Of a stretch of DNA of 64,000 nucleotides, positions 47,184-55,930 are shown one piece after another. Location of the stretch: positions 186,001 through 250,000 of the IMG/VR virus record IMGVR_UViG_3300028394_002328. One strand, given 5' to 3'. The notes beneath the pieces are model-generated. The model saw nothing but the letters and a program-made list of their open reading frames with translations, was not told where the DNA came from and searched no databases. How positions within the stretch are numbered: the first letter of the stretch is position 1; the number at the start of each line of letters is the position of its first letter. A program made the translations under genes and the position numbers.

Positions 47184-47479
47184 GTAGAACACAGCCCAAA
47201 GTCTTGCTAGAAATAGTAGATAAGACAACTTACAAATGCGACCAAATCGTAGAAGCTAGTGGTATTTGGGCTGTGTTTTACGAGGGACAACCAATTAATC
47301 TCAAGTCACAACACTACTTGGATAGTGAGTCTACTCCTAAGTATAAAAAGACTAGCTTTAGTAATCCAGGTCACGCAAGAAACCTTTGTCGTAAATTGAA
47401 TGTACAATTCAAAACAGACAAATTTACCGTTGTGTTTATGAACAACGGGAGAACAGTTTATCCTGATGATCAGGCATAA
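47180..47479 (+). CDS. hypothetical protein (MSRTQPKVLLE...SNPGHA.NL..KLN)
   Basis: ATGA-coupled ORF. Confidence 0.7.
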   Translation: MSRTQPKVLLEIVDKTTYKCDQIVEASGIWAVFYEGQPINLKSQHYLDSESTPKYKKTSFSNPGHARNLCRKLNVQFKTDKFTVVFMNNGRTVYPDDQA

Positions 47480-47870
47480 GACTACTAAAAAAATAATTAC
47501 AGAAACGGTATTAAAAGAAATACCACAACATTTACATATCTACCATGAAATCCCAGTTGAAGACCTAATGTTCAAGTGGTGGATGACAGGTAGACAAGAA
47601 GGACTAAGATTAACTGATGAAGGTATGGTAGCATTTCAATTGGCTGAAATATCTCATTATGATTATGAATTTAAACAAGAAGGGCAAAGTTGGCATAGTT
47701 TTGTACTTGAAGTAAACAAAAAAATTAAATGTCCATATTACTTGGGTGTAAATAAAACTGAAACGAAAAAACTTCCCTACATCAGACTGTATGACAGTAA
47801 GGTTGCTATGATGGTAGGATTATATGGCAACTTACATGAATATTTAAATTCTATAAAGGTGAGACAATGA
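47466..47870 (+). CDS. hypothetical protein
   Basis: 134 aa overlapping ORF. Confidence 0.65.
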   Translation: MIRHKTTKKIITETVLKEIPQHLHIYHEIPVEDLMFKWWMTGRQEGLRLTDEGMVAFQLAEISHYDYEFKQEGQSWHSFVLEVNKKIKCPYYLGVNKTETKKLPYIRLYDSKVAMMVGLYGNLHEYLNSIKVRQ

Positions 47871-48013
47871 CCGAAGAAAACAAACCAAAAAAACCAACTG
47901 TCACTTTGCCAGTTAAAAAAACCTCACAGTTTAATCAACCCAAAATTCCTAAACCAAACACGAAAGGGTTTGGCGGAACTAACGTAGTTCGCAGAACTGG
48001 GCGTGGACGATAA
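47867..48013 (+). CDS. 48 aa basic peptide (…VRRTGRGR), not in the ORF track
   Basis: ATGA coupling, AAGGTGAG SD, Lys/Arg/Pro-rich. Confidence 0.6.
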   Translation: MTEENKPKKPTVTLPVKKTSQFNQPKIPKPNTKGFGGTNVVRRTGRGR

Positions 48014-48109
48014 AATAATTGTCAACGAAATCTGTAACTCAAGCGTTAATAGATATAGATACACGATGTATCTAAACTCTCTTTCATTTAACTTATAAAG
48101 GAAATACAA

Positions 48110-48322
48110 ATGAAAACAATCGCAACTTTGATCGCTGGACTTTTCGCTGTTACTGCTTTTGCTGCTGAGCCTGCTAAGGCCCCAGCCGCAGCTCCTGCTG
48201 CTGCTCCTGCTGCTGATATTAAGCTTCCAGCTAAGAAAGACGAGAAAAAAAGTGAAGGTGCACCTGCTGCCAAGGCAGACGCAAAGGCTGCTACGCCAGC
48301 TGCCGCGCCCGCAGGTAAGTAA
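48110..48322 (+). CDS. small exported Ala/Pro/Lys-rich protein
   Basis: Signal peptide MKTIATLIAGLFAVTAFA followed by APAAAPAAAPAA repeats; AAGGA SD. Confidence 0.75.
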   Translation: MKTIATLIAGLFAVTAFAAEPAKAPAAAPAAAPAADIKLPAKKDEKKSEGAPAAKADAKAATPAAAPAGK

Positions 48323-48494
48323 TTTTTGTTTAGATGATGATGGCGATGGTATCACTATTGAAGACTTGGACTTACAATCAGGATACCGTCGACACATTAT
48401 CACACCAAAAAAGATAATAGTATCTGAACTTGATGAATATATTAAATTCAGATTACTATTATCTAGGTACTTAGCACTTAGGAAGTACGATACG

Positions 48495-48520
48495 AAATGG
48501 GGATAATATCCCCATTTTTT
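48495..48520 (+). terminator. intrinsic terminator
   Basis: AAATGGGGAT-AAT-ATCCCCATTT stem followed by T run. Confidence 0.7.
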
Positions 48521-48607
48521 AACTAGCTAATTGTTGCACTGCAATATGTTAGGACTAAATACATTAGTAGAAACCATAAGTGACTACTAAATAAAAGGAA
48601 ACATATA

Positions 48608-48760
48608 ATGTTAACACTAATTGACAAGTTTATTAATTTATTGGATCGGTTTACCTCACATAAAACAGATTTAGAAAGATTTATTATTGCACACAATCCA
48701 TGTCACGGTGGTGATGTAGATAATCTTATCCGTCAATTCACATACGGAAGAAAGGCCTAA
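48608..48760 (+). CDS. 50 aa micro-ORF (MLTLIDKF...FTYGRKA)
   Basis: AAAGGA SD, late motif at 48555. Confidence 0.65.
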   Translation: MLTLIDKFINLLDRFTSHKTDLERFIIAHNPCHGGDVDNLIRQFTYGRKA

Positions 48761-48761
48761 T

Positions 48762-48857
48762 ATGAAAATCATCAACAAATTTTATGAGTGGTTAGCCGTT
48801 TGGAGCGAAGTCGTTTATAATTATCGTAAACGCAATAACATTCATCACTACTATTAA
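48762..48857 (+). CDS. 31 aa micro-ORF (MKIINKFYEWL...HHYY)
   Basis: 1 nt after previous stop, AAGG SD. Confidence 0.55.
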   Translation: MKIINKFYEWLAVWSEVVYNYRKRNNIHHYY

Positions 48858-48860
48858 ACT

Positions 48861-48938
48861 ATGGACATGATAAACTTTATTATCGCATTACGCCATTTTT
48901 TAAAGTTTGATCCTAAAGATTTTGAGGTTCATCCATAA
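48861..48938 (+). CDS. 25 aa micro-ORF (MDMINFIIAL...EVHP)
   Basis: Packed between neighbours; TAATG coupling downstream. Confidence 0.45.
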   Translation: MDMINFIIALRHFLKFDPKDFEVHP

Positions 48939-48997
48939 TGTGGCCCGTTACAGATGAAGAATGGGAACAATTAAATTTCCCTGAGAAATTTAAATAA
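48938..48997 (+). CDS. 19 aa micro-ORF (MWPVTDEEWEQLNFPEKFK)
   Basis: TAATG coupling, GAGG SD upstream. Confidence 0.5.
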   Translation: MWPVTDEEWEQLNFPEKFK

Positions 48998-49012
48998 GAT
49001 AAATATTACATT

Positions 49013-49264
49013 ATGATTAATCCCTTTCTAGCATGGACTACCCCTTCCACATCATTAACTCCAGAGTTTTTTATTGATTCATTGCAAGGGGTTAAACGGG
49101 ATCTAACTAATAGAATGATCACGGATCCTAAGATGAATAGGGCCGCTCATAACTATATTAATAGCCAAACCGAGTTTGCCAAAATGTTAGTCTCTAACAC
49201 TGTTGAACTTGGAAAATATTCTATGGATTGTATTTCAGAGAGGTACTTTCCAAAGAAGGACTAA
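49013..49264 (+). CDS. small amphipathic helical protein, possibly phasin-like
   Basis: FIDSLQGVKR.LT...A.NYI.SQTEFAK pattern; late motif at 48998; phasin call is weak. Confidence 0.45.
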   Translation: MINPFLAWTTPSTSLTPEFFIDSLQGVKRDLTNRMITDPKMNRAAHNYINSQTEFAKMLVSNTVELGKYSMDCISERYFPKKD

Positions 49265-49306
49265 TCCACCTAATGGATCGACATTACACACACATAGGAG
49301 AAAAAA

Positions 49307-49573
49307 ATGTCAGACTACACACCAAAACTTCCCGAAGTTAAATTTAACCGCAATGGTTATGAAATCCGCACAGAAATCCTCGATATGGCCAAAAGCCTTA
49401 TGATGGAGGAATACCACGCTAAATTCCACGGTTGGGAAATCTCGGCACAGCGTGATGAAAAGTCAGGCACTGTTATTACCACAGTTGGTATGCCACAGTT
49501 TCCTGGACTTGAGCAGGTATTATCAACGGCAGAAAAGATGTATGCCTTCGTTAACGCAGGCGCTAAGAAGTAA
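49307..49573 (+). CDS. conserved-looking phage hypothetical protein (NGYEIR.EIL.MAK)
   Basis: AGGAG SD, followed by a terminator. Confidence 0.7.
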   Translation: MSDYTPKLPEVKFNRNGYEIRTEILDMAKSLMMEEYHAKFHGWEISAQRDEKSGTVITTVGMPQFPGLEQVLSTAEKMYAFVNAGAKK

Positions 49574-49590
49574 GGGTAAATAAACCCAAA

Positions 49591-49614
49591 GCCCCCGAAA
49601 GGGGGTATTTTTTT
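49591..49614 (+). terminator. intrinsic terminator with GAAA tetraloop
   Basis: CCCCC-GAAA-GGGGG followed by TATTTTTTT. Confidence 0.85.
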
Positions 49615-49617
49615 GGC

Positions 49618-49646
49618 TTGACAATTAATTTTTATGGTGTTACAAT
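49618..49646 (+). promoter_or_regulatory. sigma70 promoter
   Basis: TTGACA-17 nt-TACAAT right after the terminator. Confidence 0.75.
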
Positions 49647-49672
49647 TATAAATATCCTAAAGGGGATTTATA

Positions 49673-49963
49673 ATGAGTACCGAAGAAGATAAGTTCAAGC
49701 ATTCCAAACGTTTACTTAAAGATGAAAATGCTGTAAAAAAACAAGTTAAGATTGCCAAAGAACATGGTGTTCCTATCAAAGACTCTCATAAATTTGCCAA
49801 ACAACATGCATTAAATTGCGGTAATCCAAAATGTGTAATGTGCGCTAATCCTAGAAAAACCTTTAATGAATTAACATTGCAAGAACGCCGCATGTTTCAG
49901 GATATTGATAAAGAAACTGATAAACATAGTAACGGTTTAAAAACTAAAGACACTGACAAATAA
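49673..49963 (+). CDS. basic protein with CGNPKCVMC putative Zn motif
   Basis: 96 aa ORF with AAGGGG SD. Confidence 0.7.
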   Translation: MSTEEDKFKHSKRLLKDENAVKKQVKIAKEHGVPIKDSHKFAKQHALNCGNPKCVMCANPRKTFNELTLQERRMFQDIDKETDKHSNGLKTKDTDK

Positions 49964-49981
49964 TTATTTAGGAGATAACAA

Positions 49982-50371
49982 ATGGCAACTTGGAAACTAT
50001 CAACCGCGTCAAAGAAAAATGCTGTAGAAAAGCAATATTGGACTAAAGAGGGTGTCACTATTATCCGAGAAGAAGGTTATCGTTGGGGAACCTTCTATTG
50101 TGAAAGTGATGAACAGCCTAATATTGACCTTGACAATGAAAATGGGTATGATCTTACTAATTCCGACTATGATTGGGAGTTAGACAATCTTGATGATGGT
50201 TGTTGGGTTGAGTGGGATTTCCCTGAGGATATGGATGAAGAGGAACAAGAACAATTTCTTGCATTATGTGAAGAGGATTATATTGAAGGCCTAGAAGGTG
50301 ATGGATGGATCAATGATAATACTGAATACTTGTTCTATGGTCCATTAGAATTGGAAGAGATTGATGAATGA
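49982..50371 (+). CDS. acidic hypothetical protein
   Basis: 129 aa ORF with AGGAG SD. Confidence 0.75.
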   Translation: MATWKLSTASKKNAVEKQYWTKEGVTIIREEGYRWGTFYCESDEQPNIDLDNENGYDLTNSDYDWELDNLDDGCWVEWDFPEDMDEEEQEQFLALCEEDYIEGLEGDGWINDNTEYLFYGPLELEEIDE

Positions 50372-50489
50372 ATCAATTGGGTTTTTAAAATATTTAAATA
50401 ATCCTATTATTATGTTATCCGCATTTGGAATAACCGCATTAATATTAATTGCTTCTTTAATCTACATTATTAAGGATTCTATGTCATGA
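50364..50489 (+). CDS. small membrane peptide (start may be 50364 or 50412)
   Basis: Open frame ending in hydrophobic helix MLSAFGITALILIASLIYII. Confidence 0.4.
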   Translation: MNESIGFLKYLNNPIIMLSAFGITALILIASLIYIIKDSMS

Positions 50490-50569
50490 TTTCAGATAAA
50501 CATGTAATGGGCTTTATTTTATTTGGATATGCTATAGTGTTGTGTATGATACTCATGGGGATCGTCTAA
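50486..50569 (+). CDS. 27 aa membrane peptide (MISDKHVMGFILFGYAIVLCMILMGIV)
   Basis: ATGA coupling, single hydrophobic helix. Confidence 0.45.
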   Translation: MISDKHVMGFILFGYAIVLCMILMGIV

Positions 50570-50586
50570 CAGACCGATCCTGACGG

Positions 50587-50632
50587 TTGACAATAATTGG
50601 GCACGGCTATATAATAGAATCTTAGACAGTTA
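50587..50632 (+). promoter_or_regulatory. repeated early sigma70 promoter cassette, copy A
   Basis: TTGACA-17 nt-TATAAT; 27/30 nt identical to 50840-50869; TATAATAGAATCTTAGACAGTTA identical to 63765-63787. Confidence 0.88.
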
Positions 50633-50648
50633 GATAACGGAGTACGCA

Positions 50649-50843
50649 ATGGTAACCCAAGCACAATACACAAACTCGGTAGACTTCTTCAGCCTGTTCG
50701 AAGCCGACACTTTTTCTATGGAAATGTCGGATGATACGACGGGAAACTGGGAAGGTTACATTGGCATCGGTGGAGAATTGGTACAGGCTGCAGGCTTCGA
50801 TGCTATCACCGGTAATGGCTGGTACGACGATACACTGATTTGA
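50649..50843 (+). CDS. early hypothetical protein (64 aa)
   Basis: ACGGAG SD; stop TGA is part of the next promoter's TTGACA. Confidence 0.7.
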   Translation: MVTQAQYTNSVDFFSLFEADTFSMEMSDDTTGNWEGYIGIGGELVQAAGFDAITGNGWYDDTLI

Positions 50844-50869
50844 CAATAATTGGTTTCGGCTATATAATA
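50840..50869 (+). promoter_or_regulatory. repeated early sigma70 promoter cassette, copy B
   Basis: TTGACAATAATTGG-TTT-CGGCTATATAATA. Confidence 0.88.
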
Positions 50870-50899
50870 TACACATACACTGAGAAAACGGAGTAACAA

Positions 50900-51574
50900 A
50901 TGGCTCGCTATCAACGCCCAGTTCTGAATCTTGATGCTGACACTGTTTGGTCGGCTGCTTGTGCGGCTCAACGTATCAACGGTGAGTATGTCAAGGCTGT
51001 TACCTCTTATGTGACTAACGAGGACATTCTTCCCGAGTCTGAGCAGACTCCTCCTAAAGAAATCAACCGCGATATTATCAACCGTTTGGTTGCCGATCCG
51101 AGTCTGATCACCGATGCTGACCGTGTTCAGGCTGAGGCTGTTCGTAAGTACTACAAAGCGTTTACTTTCAAAATCCTTCAAGGTAAGATGTTGTCGGAGT
51201 TTGACAACAACGCAATGGTTATCTCTAACCGCGATGTTATCGAATCCAACTATGATGTTGCGGTGATCGCAAGTCTCCCTGCTTCGTATGAGCGGGCCGT
51301 CAAGCGTGACAATCTTAACCGTAAGATTGACAGTGCGTCGGGTGGATTTGTTGGTCGTGTTGGTGATAAAGTTAAACTCACTGTTGAGGTTATTCGTAGT
51401 GTGTTTAGCCAGCAGTGGAACGTGTTCTTTATCACTGGTATCACTACTGACGATCAGCCGGTGTTCTTCAGCTATCGTGAAACTATCCCAACTGGCAAGA
51501 CAATTGTTGCTCAGGGTACAGTTAAGGCTCACCGTGATAACACTACCCAACTCAATCGGGTGAAACTTGTCTAA
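50900..51574 (+). CDS. early protein with probable C-terminal OB fold
   Basis: FVGRVGDKVKLTV.V...F......I.......VFFS......G..I...GTVKAH...TQLNRVK is OB-fold-like. Confidence 0.6.
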   Translation: MARYQRPVLNLDADTVWSAACAAQRINGEYVKAVTSYVTNEDILPESEQTPPKEINRDIINRLVADPSLITDADRVQAEAVRKYYKAFTFKILQGKMLSEFDNNAMVISNRDVIESNYDVAVIASLPASYERAVKRDNLNRKIDSASGGFVGRVGDKVKLTVEVIRSVFSQQWNVFFITGITTDDQPVFFSYRETIPTGKTIVAQGTVKAHRDNTTQLNRVKLV

Positions 51575-51660
51575 GTTAGAAAGGACAATTCAATTGGTAG
51601 GAATCATCACTATGGTGATTTCTATCACTTACTTGCTAAATCATTATATTGGTAAGTGCA

Positions 51661-51668
51661 TATAAATA
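51661..51668 (+). promoter_or_regulatory. exact T4 late promoter consensus TATAAATA
   Basis: 40 nt upstream of the 51708 gene. Confidence 0.55.
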
Positions 51669-51707
51669 TTTTTTGTGAAATTCAAACACAAACAAGTAGA
51701 GGATAAA

Positions 51708-52112
51708 ATGGGTCTTGATATGTATGCTTATGTTGGGAACCCCGGACAACGTGACGATTATTGGTATAAGAGTTTGGATAGGGATTCTACTGTTAATAAG
51801 CCCCGTGACATTGCATATTGGCGTAAACATCCTAATCTACATGGTTGGATGGAACAACTTTGGGTTAGCAAAGGTAAACCTGGAAGAAAGCATGACGATT
51901 CCGATTTCAATGGAATTGAACTTGAACTGACTTGGGAAGATGTTGACGCACTTGAACGGGCAGTTAAACACGGCATGCTTCCTTCTACCAATGGTTTTTT
52001 CTTTGGAAATCCCTCAGATGATGTATACTACGAACGGGATTTGGAATTCTGTATCAATGCTAAGACAGAATTGTTCCTAGGGTTGAGAGTTTTTTACAAT
52101 TCAAGTTGGTAA
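51708..52112 (+). CDS. phage hypothetical protein (MGLDMY...YWRKH.NLHGWM family)
   Basis: GAGGA SD before ATG 51708. Confidence 0.75.
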   Translation: MGLDMYAYVGNPGQRDDYWYKSLDRDSTVNKPRDIAYWRKHPNLHGWMEQLWVSKGKPGRKHDDSDFNGIELELTWEDVDALERAVKHGMLPSTNGFFFGNPSDDVYYERDLEFCINAKTELFLGLRVFYNSSW

Positions 52113-52114
52113 TT

Positions 52115-52459
52115 ATGGCAGGCTACAACGCAATACTAGAACTTCGCAGACTAGAATCAGAATTAGATCAAATTGGTCTTATGCTTACGGCACCTAAACA
52201 TGGTTGGGGCAGTGACATGAGTGACCGCGCAGGGGTTCAGCCCAAAGACGCAGATAGTCTACCTATCTACTGCCGTGATGCTGAAGTTATGTGCGGTTCA
52301 TTAAGTGAAATTCGTATTTGGTTGAATGGCATTCAATGGGCTCGCAAGTATGACCAAATGTTGTTTGGTCAAAAACATGACAAGAACCGTGAACGCAAAG
52401 AACAAGATGAACGCAATCGCCAATTGGTGAGTATTATCACTAAAGGAGAAAAAGAATGA
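52115..52459 (+). CDS. hypothetical protein
   Basis: ORF packed between neighbours. Confidence 0.65.
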   Translation: MAGYNAILELRRLESELDQIGLMLTAPKHGWGSDMSDRAGVQPKDADSLPIYCRDAEVMCGSLSEIRIWLNGIQWARKYDQMLFGQKHDKNRERKEQDERNRQLVSIITKGEKE

Positions 52460-53784
52460 GCGCAAGTTGGATTAACAAACTGAATGAGAGTGATAGCCGA
52501 CTGTACAAGGAAGATATTATTCGACAAGCCCTCGAGGCAAGTGTCCTTGGTAGTACTAATGCTGTTAATTTTTTGACATTGACTAAGGTCTGCTACAATC
52601 CTTATGTAACATTTGGTGTTCGTCAAATCCCAAGTACAGAAGGTATTACTGGTGCTGAAAATCCTTGGGAAGAGTTTAATGACCTTCTACACAATCTTGG
52701 TCAACGAGGTCTAACTGGTAATGCTGCTAGGGACGCTATTGAAGATATGAGCCTTAGGTTTGATAGCGAAGAATGGAATACATTCTGTGCTCCTGTACTT
52801 AGGCGAGACCTTCGTGCAGGTGTATCAGAAAAAACGATTAACAAAATCTGTAAGAAAACAGATTACGAAATCCCTGTTTTTGCTTGCCAATTGGCTGCTA
52901 ATAGCGAAGGTCGCCCTGAAATGAAGGGTGTCAAACGCCTTGAGCCTAAGTTGGATGGTGTCAGGGTACTAATGATGGTTATGGTATCTGATACGGGAAA
53001 TGCAGTATTTTCGTATAGTCGTAATGGTAAACTGTTTGAAAACTTCACCCATATTGAAAATCAGATTGGTGAGTACTTACCAAAATTGATTAGGCATAAC
53101 CGTTCATTGATGAAGGGTTTTGTACTTGACGGTGAGGTTATTGGAAATTCTTTCCAAGAATTGATGCGTCAGGCTCGCCGTAAAGAAAATGTACAAGCTA
53201 CTGATTCAGTATTCAACATTTTTGATATAATCCCAATTGATGATTTTCGTCGAGGATATTGGAACGCTCAACTTGAAAAGCGTATTGAGATGCTAGAATA
53301 CATGCGTCCTGTAATTGATGTATTGCCCAACGTAGAGTTGCTTCCGCACATTATGGTAGACCTTGATACCAGTGAAGGTAAAGACCAACTTATGCGTTAT
53401 GCTAAGGATCAAGTCAATGCAGGGTTCGAGGGTATTATGATTAAGGATGTTGGTGCTCCTTACGAATGCAAGCGTAATACATTTTGGATGAAGTGGAAGC
53501 CAACTATTACAGTTGATTTAGAGGTGATCGGTGTTGAAGAGGGTACTGGAAGAAATGTAGGACGACTTGGAGCACTGGTTTGCTCAGGCGTAGATGATGG
53601 GAAATTTATCACAGTCAATGTGGGTAGTGGCTTTAGCGACGGTGATAGAGATGATTATTGGACTAATCGGAATTTTATCATTGGTCGCACTTGTGAAATC
53701 TTGTGTGATGTAATTACACAAAACCAAGATGGTACATATAGTTTGCGTTTCCCACGCTTTATTCGGTTTAGGGATGATAAATGA
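52456..53784 (+). CDS. lig: ATP-dependent DNA ligase
   Basis: EPKLDGVR (KxDG), VLDGE, FEGIMIK, WMKWK, VGSGF, SLRFPRF. Confidence 0.94.
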   Translation: MSASWINKLNESDSRLYKEDIIRQALEASVLGSTNAVNFLTLTKVCYNPYVTFGVRQIPSTEGITGAENPWEEFNDLLHNLGQRGLTGNAARDAIEDMSLRFDSEEWNTFCAPVLRRDLRAGVSEKTINKICKKTDYEIPVFACQLAANSEGRPEMKGVKRLEPKLDGVRVLMMVMVSDTGNAVFSYSRNGKLFENFTHIENQIGEYLPKLIRHNRSLMKGFVLDGEVIGNSFQELMRQARRKENVQATDSVFNIFDIIPIDDFRRGYWNAQLEKRIEMLEYMRPVIDVLPNVELLPHIMVDLDTSEGKDQLMRYAKDQVNAGFEGIMIKDVGAPYECKRNTFWMKWKPTITVDLEVIGVEEGTGRNVGRLGALVCSGVDDGKFITVNVGSGFSDGDRDDYWTNRNFIIGRTCEILCDVITQNQDGTYSLRFPRFIRFRDDK

Positions 53785-53999
53785 GTAAAGAAGCCATGCG
53801 TGAGGCTCTAGAAGCATTAGAGTGGATGCGTGTGGCTTTCAAACAAAACAGTCAGGGCAGACAAGTTGCTGATTCGGCAATAGAAGCATTGAAAATGGCA
53901 CTTGGGCCTGAGGTTTTGGAATTTGACATACTTGACAAGTACGACCAAGTAATTTACAATACAGGAAACATTAAAGGAAATTTTACAAATGAAAATTAG
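53781..53999 (+). CDS. hypothetical protein
   Basis: ATGA coupling to ligase; its 3' end doubles as a promoter. Confidence 0.5.
   Translation: MSKEAMREALEALEWMRVAFKQNSQGRQVADSAIEALKMALGPEVLEFDILDKYDQVIYNTGNIKGNFTNEN
53932..53960 (+). promoter_or_regulatory. sigma70 promoter inside the 53781 ORF
   Basis: TTGACA-17 nt-TACAAT. Confidence 0.65.
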
Positions 54000-54384
54000 C
54001 GAATTATCAGAATCACTCGACCTTATTCAATTAGCAACCATTAGTGATAAAGCACTTGATGATGTTTATCATTATGGACGAAGTACTCCTGGCAAGAACT
54101 TTGGATGGCTCGCTAATTTAGAATCAGCAAAAGCGGCACTGAAACTTATCCAACAAGGTGCTACCGATGTTGATGTTATTGCCGATGCTATTCACGATGG
54201 TTGGAATATTACTGCCATGGCAGATTACAACGGTGAGTTGGATCTAGACACTCCTACACCCGATGAAAAGAAATTGAAACGGTATAAGTTGGCACAACAG
54301 AGTTATGCACAACTTCCTGAAGAAGAGAAAGAAAAAGACCGAGTAGTTGCTCGGGCATTGTTAAAAGCATTAAAAGGAATTTAA
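53989..54384 (+). CDS. RyR-repeat-like domain protein
   Basis: AIHDGW ... YAQLPEEEKEKDR matches the RyR-domain H..W ... Y..L.E.EK.KDR pattern. Confidence 0.55.
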   Translation: MKISELSESLDLIQLATISDKALDDVYHYGRSTPGKNFGWLANLESAKAALKLIQQGATDVDVIADAIHDGWNITAMADYNGELDLDTPTPDEKKLKRYKLAQQSYAQLPEEEKEKDRVVARALLKALKGI

Positions 54385-54385
54385 A

Positions 54386-55696
54386 ATGGTAACATTAGTT
54401 AAACATGAATGGCATCAAGTTGATTCACAATTTGCCTTTGAGTTAGACTCTGATAAACTCAGCGAAATTTATCCTGAGTTAGAGGAAGAAGAAATTGAAG
54501 CAATGATGGCACAGATTGAAGCCGGCGAAGTTAGCGTTGAAGAAATTGTTAACGAAGCGTGGGACAATGATGTAGAAATTGAATGGGATCGCCAATATGA
54601 TGATTGGTGGACCGATCGTAAGGGTGGGTATGATATTACCTATGAACTAGGTAACGAAAAAAGTTGGCATACTCCTGCAGAGGAAGCACCTGATACAACT
54701 AAATGTACTAAGTGTCGTTGGACTGGTAAAAACTACGAAACACGCACTCAGCACCATCGTGTTGACGGCACAGTAATTGAAAATTATCACTCTACTGAAG
54801 AAGTATCGGATCACACCAGTGATGTATGCCCAATGTGTGACAGTTCAGTTGAGTTGACCGAAGCAGGTGTAGCAGAAGAAGAAAAACGCAAAGCACAAAA
54901 AGAAAAATGGGCAAAAGCCAGAGAGGAAAAAGAAATGGCTGTTGAAAAAGAAAACATTGATCTTGACGGAGGTTTGAGTGCCGTTAATGAACAAGAAGAA
55001 ATCACCGATGAAGAAGAAGAATTGGTAGCGCCGGCGTGGCCGTTCCCTGAAGTTGAAGTACTTCCTAACTATCCTGCAGGTGAGTATGCTATTCGTATTT
55101 GGGGTCGTACCCGTGAAATTGGTGTAGGTACTATCTCTAAAGAACAGTATGAACACTGGAGTGATTCAGACCATGAGGATGATCTTAGTGATGCACTAAA
55201 TGAAAGTTATGACTATGATGAAAACGAAACTCCTGAAAATGCTCGGTTTAATCATGCCTACTATGAATACCAAGATGTAAAATCATTTTGGGGTTTTGAT
55301 GAAGATGATACTCATATGACTATCACCAATAGTGATAATGAGGAAATCTATGACGGTACCCTAGAAGATTTCATTTATCAGGCACACGGTGATAGATTTT
55401 CACGTTGGGAAGCCACTGAAGAAGAGGAAGAATTATATACTGAAGATTTGGGTACAGGTTACTTTGTAATGTGGACTCAAGGTGGTAAGGGCAGTTGTAT
55501 TCAGACTTCAATTGAAACTGAAGGTAAAGAATTCGATCCACGCAAACTAAGTTATAAAACTTGGGATGTTCAAGGAAGTTCTGTGGTACATCGGTTGATG
55601 TATGACGGGTATGAACTTGAAGATGAGGGCATGGACTCACATAAAGACAACTGGCGTGGTCAATGGAGCGAATTCTCGGTTCATCATAATGCATGA
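54386..55696 (+). CDS. highly acidic hypothetical protein with CxxC...CxxC
   Basis: CTKC and CPMC; very high Asp/Glu content; AAGGA SD. Confidence 0.7.
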   Translation: MVTLVKHEWHQVDSQFAFELDSDKLSEIYPELEEEEIEAMMAQIEAGEVSVEEIVNEAWDNDVEIEWDRQYDDWWTDRKGGYDITYELGNEKSWHTPAEEAPDTTKCTKCRWTGKNYETRTQHHRVDGTVIENYHSTEEVSDHTSDVCPMCDSSVELTEAGVAEEEKRKAQKEKWAKAREEKEMAVEKENIDLDGGLSAVNEQEEITDEEEELVAPAWPFPEVEVLPNYPAGEYAIRIWGRTREIGVGTISKEQYEHWSDSDHEDDLSDALNESYDYDENETPENARFNHAYYEYQDVKSFWGFDEDDTHMTITNSDNEEIYDGTLEDFIYQAHGDRFSRWEATEEEEELYTEDLGTGYFVMWTQGGKGSCIQTSIETEGKEFDPRKLSYKTWDVQGSSVVHRLMYDGYELEDEGMDSHKDNWRGQWSEFSVHHNA

Positions 55697-55895
55697 TTTT
55701 GTAGGAAAGTCTTATGTTTTCCCTGACGGTGATAGCATCACCGTCACTCAAGTTAAGGTTCGTGACGGTAACGAAGAATGGGTGACATATCAAACAAAGC
55801 AAGGACCCGGTGTCCCTCGCAAGTTAGTTATGTCATTACATGAATTCAATAACACATATGGATATCTGTTTAAAGGTGAGGACAATAACAAGTGA
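55689..55895 (+). CDS. hypothetical protein (MHDFVGKSY...)
   Basis: ATG 55689 overlaps the previous stop; shorter than the track ORF. Confidence 0.6.
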   Translation: MHDFVGKSYVFPDGDSITVTQVKVRDGNEEWVTYQTKQGPGVPRKLVMSLHEFNNTYGYLFKGEDNNK

Positions 55896-55930
55896 TAATT
55901 TAAACCATTAAGTAACAATAAATACTTACT

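Noticed and set aside
50756-51550. 264 aa minus-strand ORF
   Set aside because: Lies antisense to 50900..51574, which has a consensus promoter, SD and a recognisable fold; stop-free antisense frames are expected from its codon bias
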